A stretch of 64,000 nt of DNA from Camelus dromedarius (taxonomy: Eukaryota), in assembly GCF_036321535.1 (NCBI RefSeq), contig NC_087436.1, positions 82,834,001 to 82,898,000 of the forward strand, in the 5' to 3' direction. The notes under the pieces are model-generated. The model was not told the origin of the DNA and made no database searches. It saw only the letters and a list, made by a program, of their open reading frames with translations. Below are positions 11,475 through 24,719 of the stretch, in pieces. Both the position numbers and the translations under genes were made by a program. The stretch's first letter is position 1. The number at the start of each line of letters is the position of its first letter.

Positions 11475-11729
11475 CTAGAACAAAAACAAAGCAGATCAGG
11501 ACACTAAACACCAGCATGGTGTGCTGTGCTCTTTTGGATATGTTTTCTTCTCTCATCTGCACTTGCAAACTTGATTTAAACTAGACACAGAGCTTTGTAA
11601 GTGCTTTACAGAACACACTCTCTTCAAACACACAGGCTCTACTATTTATAGCTGCCTGCTGCCTTCTGGTCTTGCCTGTTTCTTGAATGCCCCTGGCCAC
11701 AAACAAAACAGTTTGCAAAGAGATGTCCT

Positions 11730-11943
11730 GGGAGTCTTATAACATTTCTCTATTCTCTTAAATGCTGAAAAAAAAATGGACCCGTTCTGGGAATTTACAT
11801 CGTGTGTGTCAGCTGGAGAACCAGACCTGTGACTCACTGTGATATCACTTCTCCTCATTACCTCCAGCCAACTTTGTTTACCTCTACTTAAGTGTCCTTG
11901 GGAAAGGTGCCCTGCATCTTTGCCAGAGTTAATGGAAATGTAA
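11730..11943 (-). pseudogene. Dynein relic exon (tail), 3' end approximate
   Basis: Acceptor tttacctcag|; weak match LEV..QVWFS vs LEEV..LLWDS; correct position. Confidence 0.4.
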
Positions 11944-12244
11944 CTGAGGTAAACATTAAAAAGCAAGATTCAAACAAAGATCATTTAGCCAGAGCCATTA
12001 ATTCTACAGTCCCTGTTGAGGAAAAAAGTCATTTCTATTGCTGAGTAGTGAATATATATACCCTGATACCAAATATGACTACAAGCATATGAATGGAAAC
12101 CCTGGACAGAGTAAGGGAATGGGGACAAGAAAGAATTAAACACTCATATTCTGTTGCCCATATTTTTGAAAACAAGAGAAAGTCAAAAATCAAAACCCAT
12201 TTATGCTGCACTTATGCACACAAAAGCTGTGTGAGAAGACAAGA

Positions 12245-12390
12245 CATTCTTGATAAATGAGAAAATAAAACTTGGAACTTTTAAATGAAGATCAACTATA
12301 TTTTACCAGTATATTCCTAGATCTATAATAAGCGATGCCTTTTCTATGGAACTGAATCATATCAACAAAAGAATTCGGTACAAATTAGAG
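12245..12390 (-). pseudogene. Dynein relic exon (tail), boundaries approximate
   Basis: LLLI*FSSIEKASLII..IVDLHLKVPSFIFSFIKN vs ILDISADQDKIRLIL..LADLQKRAFQYKSYQKN. Confidence 0.6.
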
Positions 12391-12469
12391 GGAAATATTT
12401 GGAAGATTCTCCCAAAATAGAATACTGTAGTTAAAAGTAGCTATAGTGTCAGTTTGGGAAAATATCTTA

Positions 12470-12699
12470 AACTCGACTTAAGGTTTATAAATCTTTTCTT
12501 TAATGTACAATAACGGAAAACAACTTTTAATGATTTTCCTCAAGAATATTACATCTAAGTGAATTAATGTAAATTCTCCCTGAATGGTGATAGGCCATAG
12601 GAATTATGACAGACGAGTGACCGAGCTACCCAGATGCAGACACTGAAGCCCCGATTTCAGTCCTGGTTGCACAGCTCTTTAAGCTCATCTATTATTTGC
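12470..12699 (-). pseudogene. Dynein relic exon (tail), 3' end approximate
   Basis: cttgtag|IDELKELCN..FTLIHLDVIFLRKII vs IESLEDEGN..FATMKPSIVAVRNAI. Confidence 0.55.
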
Positions 12700-12824
12700 C
12701 TACAAGTAAATCACTAAAGCTATCATTTCACCTCTACACCCACTGAAGTGTCACCTACTGATTGGTTTTTACTACCTAATGAGCTGCAAGGTTGAATTTT
12801 TAAAACCAGCGTTAGAGGGAAAAC

Positions 12825-13001
12825 CTGTTTTTCTCAGCTGTCTGTGTTGTTGATATGTGAGTCTGTTAAGCTACTTGAAAGGGAAAGGAAATGTTCTCTC
12901 TCTTTTTCCATAGTGTCTGGCTTTCTTGTTAGTTACCCTGCTCCATCAGATTGAAATTGAAAATTGAGATTAGTGAAGCTGGTTTAGATCATCTCTTTTA
13001 T
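12825..13001 (-). pseudogene. Dynein relic exon (tail)
   Basis: NLNFQFQ..LTRKPDTMEKEREHFLF vs AIIFEAQ..LEFVPTTTTEYVHSLLF. Confidence 0.6.
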
Positions 13002-13344
13002 CTAACCATGAAACAAACTGGAAGACTCAATTAAGGTCATGTTAAATGTTAACTTCTACCAGGAATTGAAGCTGAAAGTTTCACCAGCAGTACAGGGAAG
13101 TTATGTTGTATGCACCCACAGTCACTGGCCTCTAGTGTGTTTACAGACTATGGGGCAGCATTAACAATCCAAAATGGCTAAAAACCCGCAAATAATTTCT
13201 TTCTTTGTCTTCATAATATTTTGCGTTTTATTTTTAATTTGTTGATATCTGACTCTCTAACTAGATGGATATTTTACTGCTCTGAGTCCCGCAAATCTTG
13301 TCTTAGTGCTTAAGAATTTTAGAGTTGGAAGGGATCCTCTAAGG

Positions 13345-13690
13345 CAGTGGCTCCCAGATTTTTTAATTACCTGAACTAGTAAAAATTTCCCTAATTCGGT
13401 AACTGATTTAAAGTTGCCAACTCCGTGTTTATGTCTTAGTATGTTAACACACAAGCCGGAACAAACAACTACCCACGATCATCAGCATCATTTCATAAAA
13501 GAAAGAATGTTTTCACTCCAAAAGAGAATAGGAGGTTATAATCTCTTGGGGCAGGGGAGCAGAGAGAAAAATATACTTAAATAAATTGCATTATCTAAAA
13601 AGTCTGCTATTTTTCTCTTTTTATGACGGACTGGGTAGAATTTTGTCCAAAATGAACACTGATCCACAGACTACAGTTTAAGAACCACTG
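13345..13690. mobile_element. hAT-Charlie-type DNA transposon remnant
   Basis: Termini cagtggctccca ... taagaaccactg. Confidence 0.55.
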
Positions 13691-13756
13691 ATCTAATTCC
13701 ATCTCCTAACCTTCAGCTGGAGACATTAAAACTCGGGGTCACTTAGACAAGTTCTC

Positions 13757-13910
13757 TGTATTAGTTAGGGTTCTCTAGATTAAAACCAACTGATTGGAAA
13801 TGTTAATCACATCTTAAAAAACACCTTTACAGCAGCATGTAGACCTGTGTCTGACCAAACAACTGGGCACCACAGTCTAGCAAAGTTGATACAAAAAAGT
13901 ACTCGTCACA
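13757..13910 (-). mobile_element. MLT2 (ERVL) LTR with large internal deletion
   Basis: Starts tgtattagttagggttctctag, then jumps to actgatt..aatgttaatcacatc..actgggcaccacagtctagcaaagttgataca..tcaca. Confidence 0.75.
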
Positions 13911-14534
13911 GTCTCAGGGCTGATTAGTTCGGGGTGGCCAGGTCTCTTGACTTCCTTTAGTATGAATTTTATTCTGCTTCTCCACCCTGCCCTCCTCCAA
14001 TTAGGCTAATGCTACTTCTCTTATGCACAATTTTTGGCCTCTAAAGTAATTTAGAAAATTAAATGAGATTGTTTATATTTTTTTAAACCTGATAATACCC
14101 AGTATACAATAAGACTATAAAAATTAAGACTTTATTCTAGATCTGTAATGATTATAAGTTACAATTATAGTGCCATAGTTTTGTCCGTTCCCATATTGAA
14201 AAGAAGAGTAACAATTTCAGGCAATGAACTAATTTATCAAAATTACAGGTGATGCAACATCAATGTTTTAACATATTTTATAATAAAGTTGTTTAAAAAG
14301 CATGATGCAAAATTATATGGACACACTTATCTCAAGAAAGAAACTAGATACAAAAATATCTATGTCTGGCTAAAAGATATAAAGGCATTATTCCAAAATA
14401 ACAATGGTTGTATTTGATGGTAACATTACAGATGCTTTTTCCCTTTTTGAATCTTCCTACAGTTTTTAGTCTTTTTAATAATGTTCGTGTATTTTCTTTT
14501 TGTAACCATAAGAATCAACTACATTTTTAAACCC

Positions 14535-14730
14535 AAAGAAGAAAAATAAGTCCATTATGTTTGTGTCGGTATGTTGTGCCAACATGCTCTTAAATTTTTT
14601 CTAAAATAACACAGATGTATCCATTCAGATATACTGACATTTTCATTTTGGTTTCATCTTGGTTGACTGGTTTGATGAAAGTTCAAGTCACATGGCAGTG
14701 AGTACACTTGCTGACCTACATGTTCCTGTT
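14535..14730 (-). pseudogene. Dynein relic exon (tail), 3' end approximate
   Basis: ttttttttcag| acceptor; MKPK*KCQYI*MDTSVLF*K vs LRPTRNVGLLLIDTRLLREK. Confidence 0.65.
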
Positions 14731-15011
14731 CTGAAAAAAAATTTTTTTAACTGTATAATTCTGTTTCAAAAACATTGAGGAGCAGTAACTTTGGGAAGAG
14801 GGGAGCACCATTCCATGACCACCGTTTGTGTAAAATGCCATGTGCCAGAAATTATAATGACAGAAAAAGGAACCTGATGTCAAACATTTCAGCAAATTAC
14901 ACTCTGTACTCTAGAAATGCTCCCACTGGGAGGAGACCATCAATTTGAGAGGATGTGTATTTTCTGTTTTTACAGTGCAACGTAGGCAGATTAGAAAATA
15001 ATAAAAGTGTA

Positions 15012-15274
15012 AGGGTGGGAAGGGATAGATGGGATTTCAAAATTGTAGAATAGATAAACAAGATTATACTGTATAGCACAGGGAAATACACACAAGATCT
15101 TATGGTAGCTCACAGAGGAAAAAATGTGACAATGAATATATATATATATGTTCATGTATAACTGAAAAATTGTGCTCTACACTGGAATTTGACACAACAT
15201 TGTAAAATGATTATAAGTCAATAAAAAATGTTATATTGTTGTTCCAAAAAAATTTTTAAAAATGAATAAATAAA
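15012..15274 (+). mobile_element. Short L1 3'UTR insertion
   Basis: gataaacaagattatactgtatagcacagggaa..; TSD agaaaataat(a/g)aaagtgta at 14993-15011 and 15275-15293. Confidence 0.85.
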
Positions 15275-15689
15275 AGAAAATAATGAAAGTGTATGCAACC
15301 ATGTGAATTTTTAATGGTTGAAATATAAATAATAAATATCAAATTTGTTTTTAAGTTAGCAGAGCTTAGAAATCAGATAGAAAATCATGCATTTTATTTG
15401 ACTTCTTATGAGTTAGTCTTAAAAAGAAAATAAAAAGCTAACACAACTGAAGAATTTATGGGAAAGAAAAATAGAATCAACAGTGTCAAATTCTGTTCTG
15501 ACTTCATCTCACTTTAAAGAGCAAACAGATGCCTGGCCCTGTTAACAGAATTTTGGATCACACTAATGAACAACCTCTATGAGGATTAAGTGAATTGTTG
15601 GGGTTTTTTTTAGTATTATTCATTTTATATTTTATCACAAAATCATAACAAGATAGACAAAGGATATAAGAATAGAGAGGAAGAGTACA

Positions 15690-16800
15690 GTATAGTAATA
15701 GCTGGGATTATTTGCTTTGCAAGTTTCAAAAACTCCAGCCAAGTTGGCCTAAGGAAAAGGAGACTCCATTGATTCACACAACTGAAAAATCAAGGGGAGT
15801 GCTGGCTTCAGTTGTGGCTGGATTCAGGAACCCACATGATGTCATGAAGACCCGGTGTCTCTCCAACTCCAGAATCTGCCCTTTTCCATTTTAAACTTTG
15901 TTATTCAAAGTTCTCATTTGAAAACAACAGAAACTAACCATGGCTAGTTTAAACAGAAAAATGTATTAAAGGATTTTAGCTAGCTCACAACATCATCAGA
16001 AAGACTTGAGAACCCGATTTGGAAACTCGTAGCCAGAAACAAATCACGTTAAGACTCAGCCCATTAGAGACTCCACTGGCAGCACTGTACCAGCAGTTCT
16101 AGCCCCAGGCACTGGATGCTCTTGCCTAGAACTATTGCTGCTGGTGTTTCTGGAAATAAGATAAAGTTGCCACTGCCTTCTCAGAATGAAGTCCTCCTTG
16201 CCTCATGGCTTCTAAGTAAAAGTCTGGCAAGAGTAGGTCCAACTAGCAGAGCTGAGAATTCTTCCTAAGGCAATAAAGACTTGGGAGGTAAAAATCCAGC
16301 TTTTACAGAGGTAGGTAGTCTCAAAAACTTGGGTATTCTTCAACATAGGAAAGTTGTTCAAAGACGCTGAATGGCCCAAAGAAATATCAAGCATATACCA
16401 CATATTTTTTCCCTCTGGTGTTACATGCTGCCAAATGGCTTCCAGCAGCTCCAGAATTAAATCTCCTCAGGTTCCTATCCTACAAAGAAACTGTCTGTGC
16501 TGTACGCGATAGACTGGGCAAAACCCTTGTCTCCCACTGGCTCTGATAATGTTTCATGTCCAACTCTGAACCAAGCACGTGGTCAGGGGAGTGTGCTGCT
16601 CTCACTGGCCAGAACTGAACCACATGCCCTCCCCTGGAGCTGGAGCTGAAGTCAACTCTACTTGAAGCATCAGAAGTACTTGTTCTGTGAGCAGAGAAGC
16701 TGTGGTTCCCCAGGGAGAAGATGCTAGATAGTTTCCAGAAGAGTGAATGGATGAAGGGATAAGGGGGGGAGGGGCAAAAGCAACAGATGTTTCCCACAAA
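15690..16800. mobile_element. Cluster of old MLT1 (J/K-like) LTR fragments
   Basis: aacaacagaaactaacc..gctcacaacatc and ctgctctcactggccagaactgaaccacatgccc motifs. Confidence 0.55.
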
Positions 16801-16849
16801 TATTATGCTGTCCAACTTAATTTCTTAATCACACCAGGAATGGAGCCAA

Positions 16850-17075
16850 AATTTAAGAGAGTAAATCCTAAAAGTTCTCATCACAAGGAAAACATTTTTT
16901 TCTTTTTCTTTTATTTTGTATCTATATGAGATAATAGATGTTCACTAAAATTATCATAGCAATCATTTCGTGAAGTATATAAATCAAATCATTATGCTGT
17001 ACACCTTAAATTTATACAGTGCTGTATATTAATTACATTTCAATAAAACTAGAAGGAAAAAATTAAAAAAATTAA
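16850..17075 (+). mobile_element. L1 3' end (laurasiatherian-type)
   Basis: gtaaatcctaaaagttctcatcacaagg..atgctgtacaccttaaatttatacagtgctg..aataaaactagaagg. Confidence 0.85.
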
Positions 17076-18005
17076 AAGTCACCAAAAGAAAGAATGGAGT
17101 CAAACTGTCTGGTCAGATCATGTGTTCTGATTTCATGATCTTTGGTCATTCTAATATTAATAACTATAGTAAGAGAATAAATAATGTGTATGGTGTGGTG
17201 CTAGGCTGCTTGTATGGTGCTAGGCTGCTCTAAGTTATTAATATATATATATTTTTAAAATACATATATATTCCTCTCAACAACTCTATGCTGTATTTAC
17301 TATTACCTCCATCCTACAAATGAAGGGGCCAACGCACGGGATGTTAAATAATTTCAAGGTCAGATAGTCGGTTGAGTAGAATAGCTGGGACATGAAGTCT
17401 GGCTCTAGCATCCATTCTCTTACCTATTCACTGCAGGTTCTACAGAGAGTGATACCTGTCCTTGGAGATATTTAGGAAGAACCTACAGAACTGCTAGTGA
17501 GGGAGATGTGAAAGGTATTTTGCTATTTAAAAGATGACTGACCATCTTTCTTGCCTCCTCCCCGTCGGCCGCACGTGGACAAGTGCTCTGGGAAGAACCT
17601 GCAGTTACTCCTCTGTGCCCCAGCAACGTGGGTTCCGGTGCACGGGGGCAGGTCAGACGGAGGGGACTGTGTGACTCATGTTTCCCAGGCTGGCCCAGTT
17701 TGTCAGTACATTGTAGGTTCCTGCACAGAAATCTACCTGTGGAAGTTTACGGCCTGCCTGGGTGCTAACAGTTATCCCCCACTCCCAAAACTGCCCTGCA
17801 ATGCCTAACCATTAGCCAATGGATAACCATGTCTACATTTCCAAACAACTTCTACCATCTAGGGCTGCTCACAGATCTGCTGTCTACAGACAAAAGTGCT
17901 TTGCTAACCTGGTTGACTCAGTCCTCTCTCTCACAGCCACATGATGCCAAGGAGGAGCCACAAAGCCTTCCCAAGCCTCTTATACAAACCTATTAGTCAC
18001 CATAC

Positions 18006-18119
18006 AAATTGCACTTGAAAGACAATCTAGTACCAATGAACATATACTGTTGGTCTCCACAGTTGGCTGCAGCAATTTTTACTTTTTCTAAACTGTTCTC
18101 ATCATGTTAAACATTCAAC
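18006..18119 (-). pseudogene. Dynein relic exon (tail)
   Basis: ccacag|..ENSLEKVKIAAANC..SFKCNL|gtatgg vs QETIQAAFESARIY..FFKENE. Confidence 0.5.
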
Positions 18120-18431
18120 CTGTGGCAGTCAAGTTGATGCCATTCATATGTGCTGTGAGACATATACTGCTGTCTCCTACCCAAAAGTCACTGTCAAGCA
18201 CCTTGAGTAGGGAACTGTTCTAGGCAGGTGTATGCATCAGTGAACAAACAGAAAGATTCCGGCTCTCCTGGGGCATGTATTCCAGCAAGGAAGTAAGGAT
18301 GATATGAAAAGATTTCAGAAAGGTCTTTAAAATATCATGATTTAATGCTATAAATTGACTTAGCAGAATCCAACACAGCTAGGACATGGAATCCAGTATG
18401 TTCAATAATTTATAAGTCTGATTCTCAAAAC

Positions 18432-18562
18432 CTATTAAGCTGTTCTTCTGGTAGGAAATTATTCTGAGTTACTGCCACTCAAGGAGCTGTGGAGATTTCT
18501 CACAAATAACTAAAAGAATCAATTTTTCCAGTCCATCTATTTATCCATTGCTCACTGAAATT
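18432..18562 (-). pseudogene. Dynein relic exon (tail)
   Basis: Strong acceptor ttttttcctttgcag|; NFSEQW/IDGLEKLILLV vs DFLDGI..VNHCQNTVLSV. Confidence 0.55.
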
Positions 18563-19021
18563 CTGCAAAGGAAAAAAATCACTCTGGATGCCTACTAATT
18601 AATTAACTAATTAAGAGAACTCTCCCTTAGATATTTTGATTAATGTGCAGCCCAGGTGATTCTTAGTAAGCTGAAGATCCTAAGAACCAAACTGAATAGT
18701 CTTAAAATTCTTGTTGTCCCGTAAGATAACCAATAGCACATATTAAACTTTATGTACTAGAGGGAGGCCAGCGTTGCCTTGTTGCTCCCACACCACAGCA
18801 TCAGAGCCAGCGATTAGGTTGTTACCATGAATTATAAACACTTTATAGCATTTTTTTCAACTATCTGTGGCATCTGTTCTCAATCCCTGATGTTATTAAC
18901 AGGGAGATGAATTTGCATTTGATCAGCTATAAAAGGAAATGGAGCCTCACTCTTGAAAGAAGTGAAGTACCAGGTTGATTTACAAAAGTGTTTCCTATTT
19001 TATTTTGCACTTATAAATTAC

Positions 19022-19254
19022 ATTATGACTGCTTTTCAGAGATGAATTCTTAGCCTTCTTAGTCTGGTAAGTGCAATAACATCTCAATGACTAAGAAAGG
19101 AACTTAATAAATAACTGAAACGCCATCACAGTATTTCGCAAACAGGCAAAATAACTAACCAAACAGAAATCAATCTAGCAGCCTGAGATTCTTCATAGAT
19201 GTTTTTGACAGTTCTGCTTGTGTTTCTCTTCTTGATTTTGCTCGATTATCTAAG
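19022..19254 (-). pseudogene. Dynein relic exon (tail, RLxDY motif)
   Basis: tttttcttgcttag| acceptor; LRLLD*FLFG*LFCL/RNTV vs IRLNDYLIENTMHILTVNAV. Confidence 0.7.
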
Positions 19255-21399
19255 CTAAGCAAGAAAAATAAAGTATAGGCATTTCTTGAACGATAGGAAT
19301 TTTCATTAGACAAATTGGTTACAAAACGTCCACATTCTTAGGAGTGCATTGGCTATACACAATTTTGATCAGAAGTATCACTCAACAGCAAAGGAAGCTG
19401 TTTTTCATGTGACAGGAAATACTTTGTTTTATATATGTAGGGTTAAGACAGTCCTCTGTAAAGGCGAAACTGGTTAAGTGGAAGATTCTTGACTCCTGAA
19501 TACCTTGACTAGATGAGTTTGGCTATTCATATTTGATAGCAGGGGCTGGAGAGAGAGAGGAATTATTCTGTATAATAAAGAAAGACCAACTTTTATTTGT
19601 AGGGCTCTGGAAGAGAGGACATGAGAATCAAAAAAGAAAGGTAGAAAGAAAGCATCTGGGATGAAGAAATCTCTGGTAACAGAATAGCCAGAGGGGACTT
19701 GTTTTTTAATCTCATTTGTTTAATTGTGTCTTTAACACAGACACAACATGTATGAAATATAAATGTAAATTCAATGAATTATCACAAGATAAATTCCCAT
19801 ATAACCACTACCTGAATCAATAAATAAAATATGAAACTGAGTTGATTTTTGGGGAAAAAAAATCAACAAAATTGACAAATCCTTAGCTAGAATACCTAAA
19901 AAAAGACTCAAATAACAAAAAAAATCAGAAAAAAAAGAAGTCACTACAAAAATAAAAAGGATTATAAGCATTTATTATGAACAATTATGTGCCAACAACC
20001 TGGATAACCTAGAATAAATGGATACTAAAATCATAGAGAAATAAAAAATTTGAATAGACCTGAAACCAGAAAGATGATTTAACCAGTAATCAAAACCCCA
20101 AAAAGAAAAGTCCGACCAGAAGCTTTCAACTGTAGAATTCTACCATTTAAAGAAGAATTTATACCAATTGTTCTCAAACTCTTCCAAAATATTTAAGAGG
20201 AGGGAACACTTCCAAACTCATTCTTTGAGGCCAGCATTACCCTGATACCAAAGCCAGACAAAGATATTACAAGGAAAGAAAACTACAGACCAATATCCCA
20301 GAGGAATATAGATGCAAAAATTCTCAACAAAATACTCAGTGAATCAAATTCAAATGCACCTTAAAAGGATTATACACCATGACTAAGTGGGTGTTATTCT
20401 TAGGATGCAAGGATTGCTAAACATACGAAAATTAATCAATGTAATACACCAAATTAACAGAATGAAGGATAAAAAATCACTTGATCATCTCAAGTGATGC
20501 AGGAAAAGCACATGACAAAATCCAGCATGGTTTCATGATAAAAAAAAAAATATTCAACAAACTAGAAGTAAAAGGAAATTACCTCAATATAATGATAGCC
20601 ATATATGATAAGCCCACAGCTAACATTATACTCAATGGTTAAAAACTGAAAGCTTTTCCTCTAAGATCCAGAACTAGGCAAGGATGACCACCATTGCCAC
20701 TTTTATTCAACATAGTATTGGAAGTCCTAGCCAAAGTAGTCAGGCAAGAAAAAGAGATAAAAGGCATACAAACTAGAAAGGAAAAAGTAAAAATATCTCT
20801 GTTCAGAGATGACAGAATCTTTGTAAGAAACCCCAAAGAGTCTACATGCAAAAAAGCTGTAAACTAATAAACAAATTCAGCAAAGCAATAGGATGAAACA
20901 ATTAACACACAAAAATTAATTGTTTTTCTATAGAATCTGAAAAGTAAATGAATAAAGCAAAAACATTTACAATAGCATCAAAAAAAAAAAAAACTATTTA
21001 GAAATAAACTTAACCAAGAAGGTGAAAATCATGTGCACTGAAAACTGCAATACATTGCTAAAAGAAATTTTAGAGGCACAAATCAATGGAAAGACACTCC
21101 ACGTTCATGGATCAGAAGACTTAATATTGTTGAAATGTTCATACCATTCAAAGTAATTTACAGACTCAACACAATCTTTACCAAAAGGCTAACGGCATTC
21201 TTCGTAGAAATAGAAAAAAACCTAAAATTCTTATGGAATCTCAGAGCACCCCAAATATCCATAATAATCCCAAGAAAGAACAAATTTAGAGGCCTTGCAT
21301 TTTCTGATTGCAAAGCATACTACAAAGTTTCAATGATCAAAACTGCATGGTACTGGCAGAAAGACAGACACATAATCTAATGGAACAGAATAGAAAGCC

Positions 21400-21465
21400 C
21401 ATGTATGGTATATTCGAAAGTTGTTAGATAGTAAATCCTGAGTTCTCATCACAAGGGGAAGGATT

Positions 21466-21525
<60 letters not shown>

Positions 21526-21675
21526 TTTGTATCTATATAAGATGACAGATGCTAACTAAACTTATTCTGGTAAACATTTCATCATATATGAAATTCAAGT
21601 CATTATGCTGTACACTTTAAACTTATACAGTGCTATGTGTCAATTATATCTCAATAAAACTGGAAGAAAAAAATA
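21400..21675 (+). mobile_element. L1 3' end nested in the older L1, contains (TTTC)n
   Basis: Same 3'UTR type as 16850-17075. Confidence 0.8.
21464..21524 (+). repeat. (TTTC)n microsatellite
   Basis: About 15 tandem TTTC units. Confidence 0.95.
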
Positions 21676-22483
21676 ACAGAGAGCTCAGAAATAAACTCTC
21701 ACATACAACTCAAATGACATTCAACAAAGGCACCAAGACTACAGCTTGAGGAAATGATAATCTCTTCAATAAATGGTTTTGGCAAAACTGGATAGCCACA
21801 TGCAAAAGAATGAAATTGGATCTTTACCATACACTGTATACAAAAATTAATTCAAAATGGATTAAAAGCTTGAAACCATAGAACTCCTAGGAAAAAACGT
21901 AAGAGAAAAACTTCATGGCTTTGCTCTTAGCAATGATTTCTTGACTATGACACAAAAGCACAGGCAACAAAAGCAACATAGGCTAGTGGGACTACATCAA
22001 ACTAAAAAAGCTTCTTCACAGAAAAGGAAACAATCAATAGAATGGGAGAAAATATTTGAAAGCCATTTATCTGATAAGGGATATCTCAACAACAACCAAA
22101 ACCCGTAACCTGATTTTAAAATATGTAAAGGACTTGAATAGACATTTCTCCAAAAAAGATACACAAGTAGCCAACAAGCAAATGAAAAGATGCTCAGTGT
22201 CACTAGTCATCAGGGAAATGCAAATCCAAACCACAATGAAATATCACCTCACACCCATTAGGATGGCCACCATCAAGAAAATCAGAAAATAACAAGTACT
22301 GATGAGGCTGAGGGGAAAACAGGACCCTTGTACACCATTGATGGGAATGTAAAATGGTGCAGCAACTATGGAAAATGGTATGGAAGTTCCTCAAAAGGTT
22401 AAAAAATATAATTATCATACAATTCAGCAATCTCACTTCTACGTATATATCCAAAAGAACAGAAAGTAGGATCTCGAAGAGGT

Positions 22484-22827
22484 AATTGGGTTTTTTTTTT
22501 AATTCTTATTTTTTATTGAAGTGTAGTCAATTGCAATGCTAGTTTCATGTGTACAGCAAAGCAATTCAATTATACATATACATACATGTATATTTTTTCA
22601 GATTCTTTTCCATTACAGCTCATTATAAGAAACTAAATATAGTTCCGTGTGCTATACAGTAGGTCCTTATTGTTTATCTATTTTATATACAGTAATGTGT
22701 ATTTATTAATCCCAAACTCCTACTGTATCCCTCCCCCGATTTCTTCATCTCCCTCCCCATAAAACAGTTTGTTTTCTACGTCTGTGAGTCTTTTTCTGGT
22801 TTGTAAATAAAATTTGTATTTTTCTAA
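22484..22827 (-). mobile_element. L1 3'UTR, antisense, nested in the older L1
   Basis: Similar to 260-560; flanked by aagaggta direct repeats. Confidence 0.85.
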
Positions 22828-22936
22828 AGAGGTATTTTCACATCTATGTTCACTGCAGCACTAACCATAATAGCAAAGAGATAGAAGCAACTTAAATTGT
22901 CCATCAATGGATAAATGGATAAAGAAAATATGGTAT

Positions 22937-23095
22937 GGGGGAGGGCATAGCTCAGCAGTACACCACATGATTAGCATGCATGAGGACCTGGGTTCAATTC
23001 CCAGTACCTCCATTAAAATAAATAAGTAAATAAACCTAATTACCTCCCCCTCAAAATAATAAATAAAATAAATAAAAATAAAGACATCCATTAAA
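22937..23095 (+). mobile_element. tRNA-derived SINE (camelid Vic-1-like)
   Basis: A box tagctcagcagt, B box ggttcaattcc, A-rich tail; TSD aaagaaaat(a/g)tggtat at 22921-22936 and 23096-23111. Confidence 0.9.
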
Positions 23096-24719
23096 AAAGA
23101 AAATGTGGTATATACAGTGGAACATTTATATACAGCCTTAAAAAAGATGGAAATCCTGCCATAAACTACAACATGGATGAACTTCAGGACATCATGTTAA
23201 GTAAAAGAAGCCAGTCACAAAAAGACAAATAATGCATGATTCCACTTTTATGAGATGTCTAAGGTAGTCAAACTCATAGAAATGAAAAGCAGAATGGTAG
23301 TTTCCAGTGGCTAAGAGGAGGAGGTAAAAGGAAGTTGTTCAATGTTACAGGGTTTCAGTTTTGCAAGATGAAAAAGTTCTAGAGATCTGTTGCACAACAA
23401 CGTGCCTATACTTAACACTGCCACACTGTACACTTAAAAATGGTTAAGATGATAAATTCTGTTGTGTTTTTTTATCACAATGAAAAAAAGAAAATATTGA
23501 TACAGAAGACACCTTAAAACTGTCTTAATCAATTACTTCCACCATCCTCCCAAAGATGGCTATCATATCTCATACTGTTATTTAATTTTCCTTGTTCTTG
23601 GCAAAATTAATGGAAACACACAGTATGTATTCTTTAGTGAATGCCTTTTTTGATTAATATTATGCTTTGATATTTATCTATGCTGTTACAAGTAGCTGTA
23701 GTTTATTTATTCCCTTTGCTGCTTCGTATTCCATTCTCCGAATATGATAATTTATATATTCACTCTACTGTTGACGCATATTTGAGTTACTTCCACTTTA
23801 GGCTATTACAAATAATGCTGCTATAGGCATTTTTGTACGTTTCTCTTGTTTCCCTTGTGCACATATTTCTGTTGGGCAGAAATAAGCAGAATAGCCAAGA
23901 AGGGTGACCATCTAGCCTGGCTTCCCCAGGGACAGTTGCTCTCCATGCCTGTTATCCCAGCATCGAAGCTGGTTTAGCATTTGCCCTACATCTTTCTTTC
24001 CTTTCTCTCTCTTCCTTCATTCTTTCCTTCCTTCCTTCCTCTCTCTCTCCATCCATCCCTTTCTCTGTCTCTATCTTTTGTTATCACAAAGAATTATTAT
24101 TATTATTATTTGTATTTGTATTTGTAAAATAAGCTAGAGAAGGTTTGGTAGTTCCAGTTTATACTGCCACCCTCTACCATGGTTTCATCTAGGACTGCGA
24201 GATCCGAGCAGTAAGCAGAGTTCTCGCCATTTTTTTTTGGATTCACCTTTTTGATTTTACAAAAAAACTCTCTTGGAAACAATTTTTTATTTTTTCAATA
24301 TTTTTTATTTTTTTAATATTTTGTCCAGATTATCTAGTTATTCTCAGCTGATGGACTGGTCCAAAGTATTATACCATTTCCATATATACATAGAGAGAGA
24401 GATAAGTACCTAATATGCAAATTTAAGTTCTTTGTTATTTGGAATGTTACATGATTGCCATCTCCTCCATTTTGGTAGTAAAGTCTACTATATCCATTGA
24501 ATAGTGTGGTTGTGTATGGAGGAAAGCAGTAAAAATTGGCAAAAGGATTAAATATCACATCTGGGTCCTTATAGTGCAGAGCATGAGAAATCAGGAGCCC
24601 AGGAAATGTAAGAGGCCCTGAGAATTTACAGAAATCCTGAGGAGAGCTTTGGACACACTCAGAGCAGTCTGAAGGCTACACAGACCTCTGGATGGCAATG
24701 GGGTTCAAATACAAAGAAC

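Larger units (their letters stand above)
19815..23490 (+). mobile_element. Old L1 (L1MA/MB-like): degraded ORF2 and 3'UTR with three nested insertions
   Basis: ORF2 hallmarks: ccaaactcattctttgaggccagcattaccctgataccaaagccagac; [32 protein letters not shown]. Confidence 0.95.
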
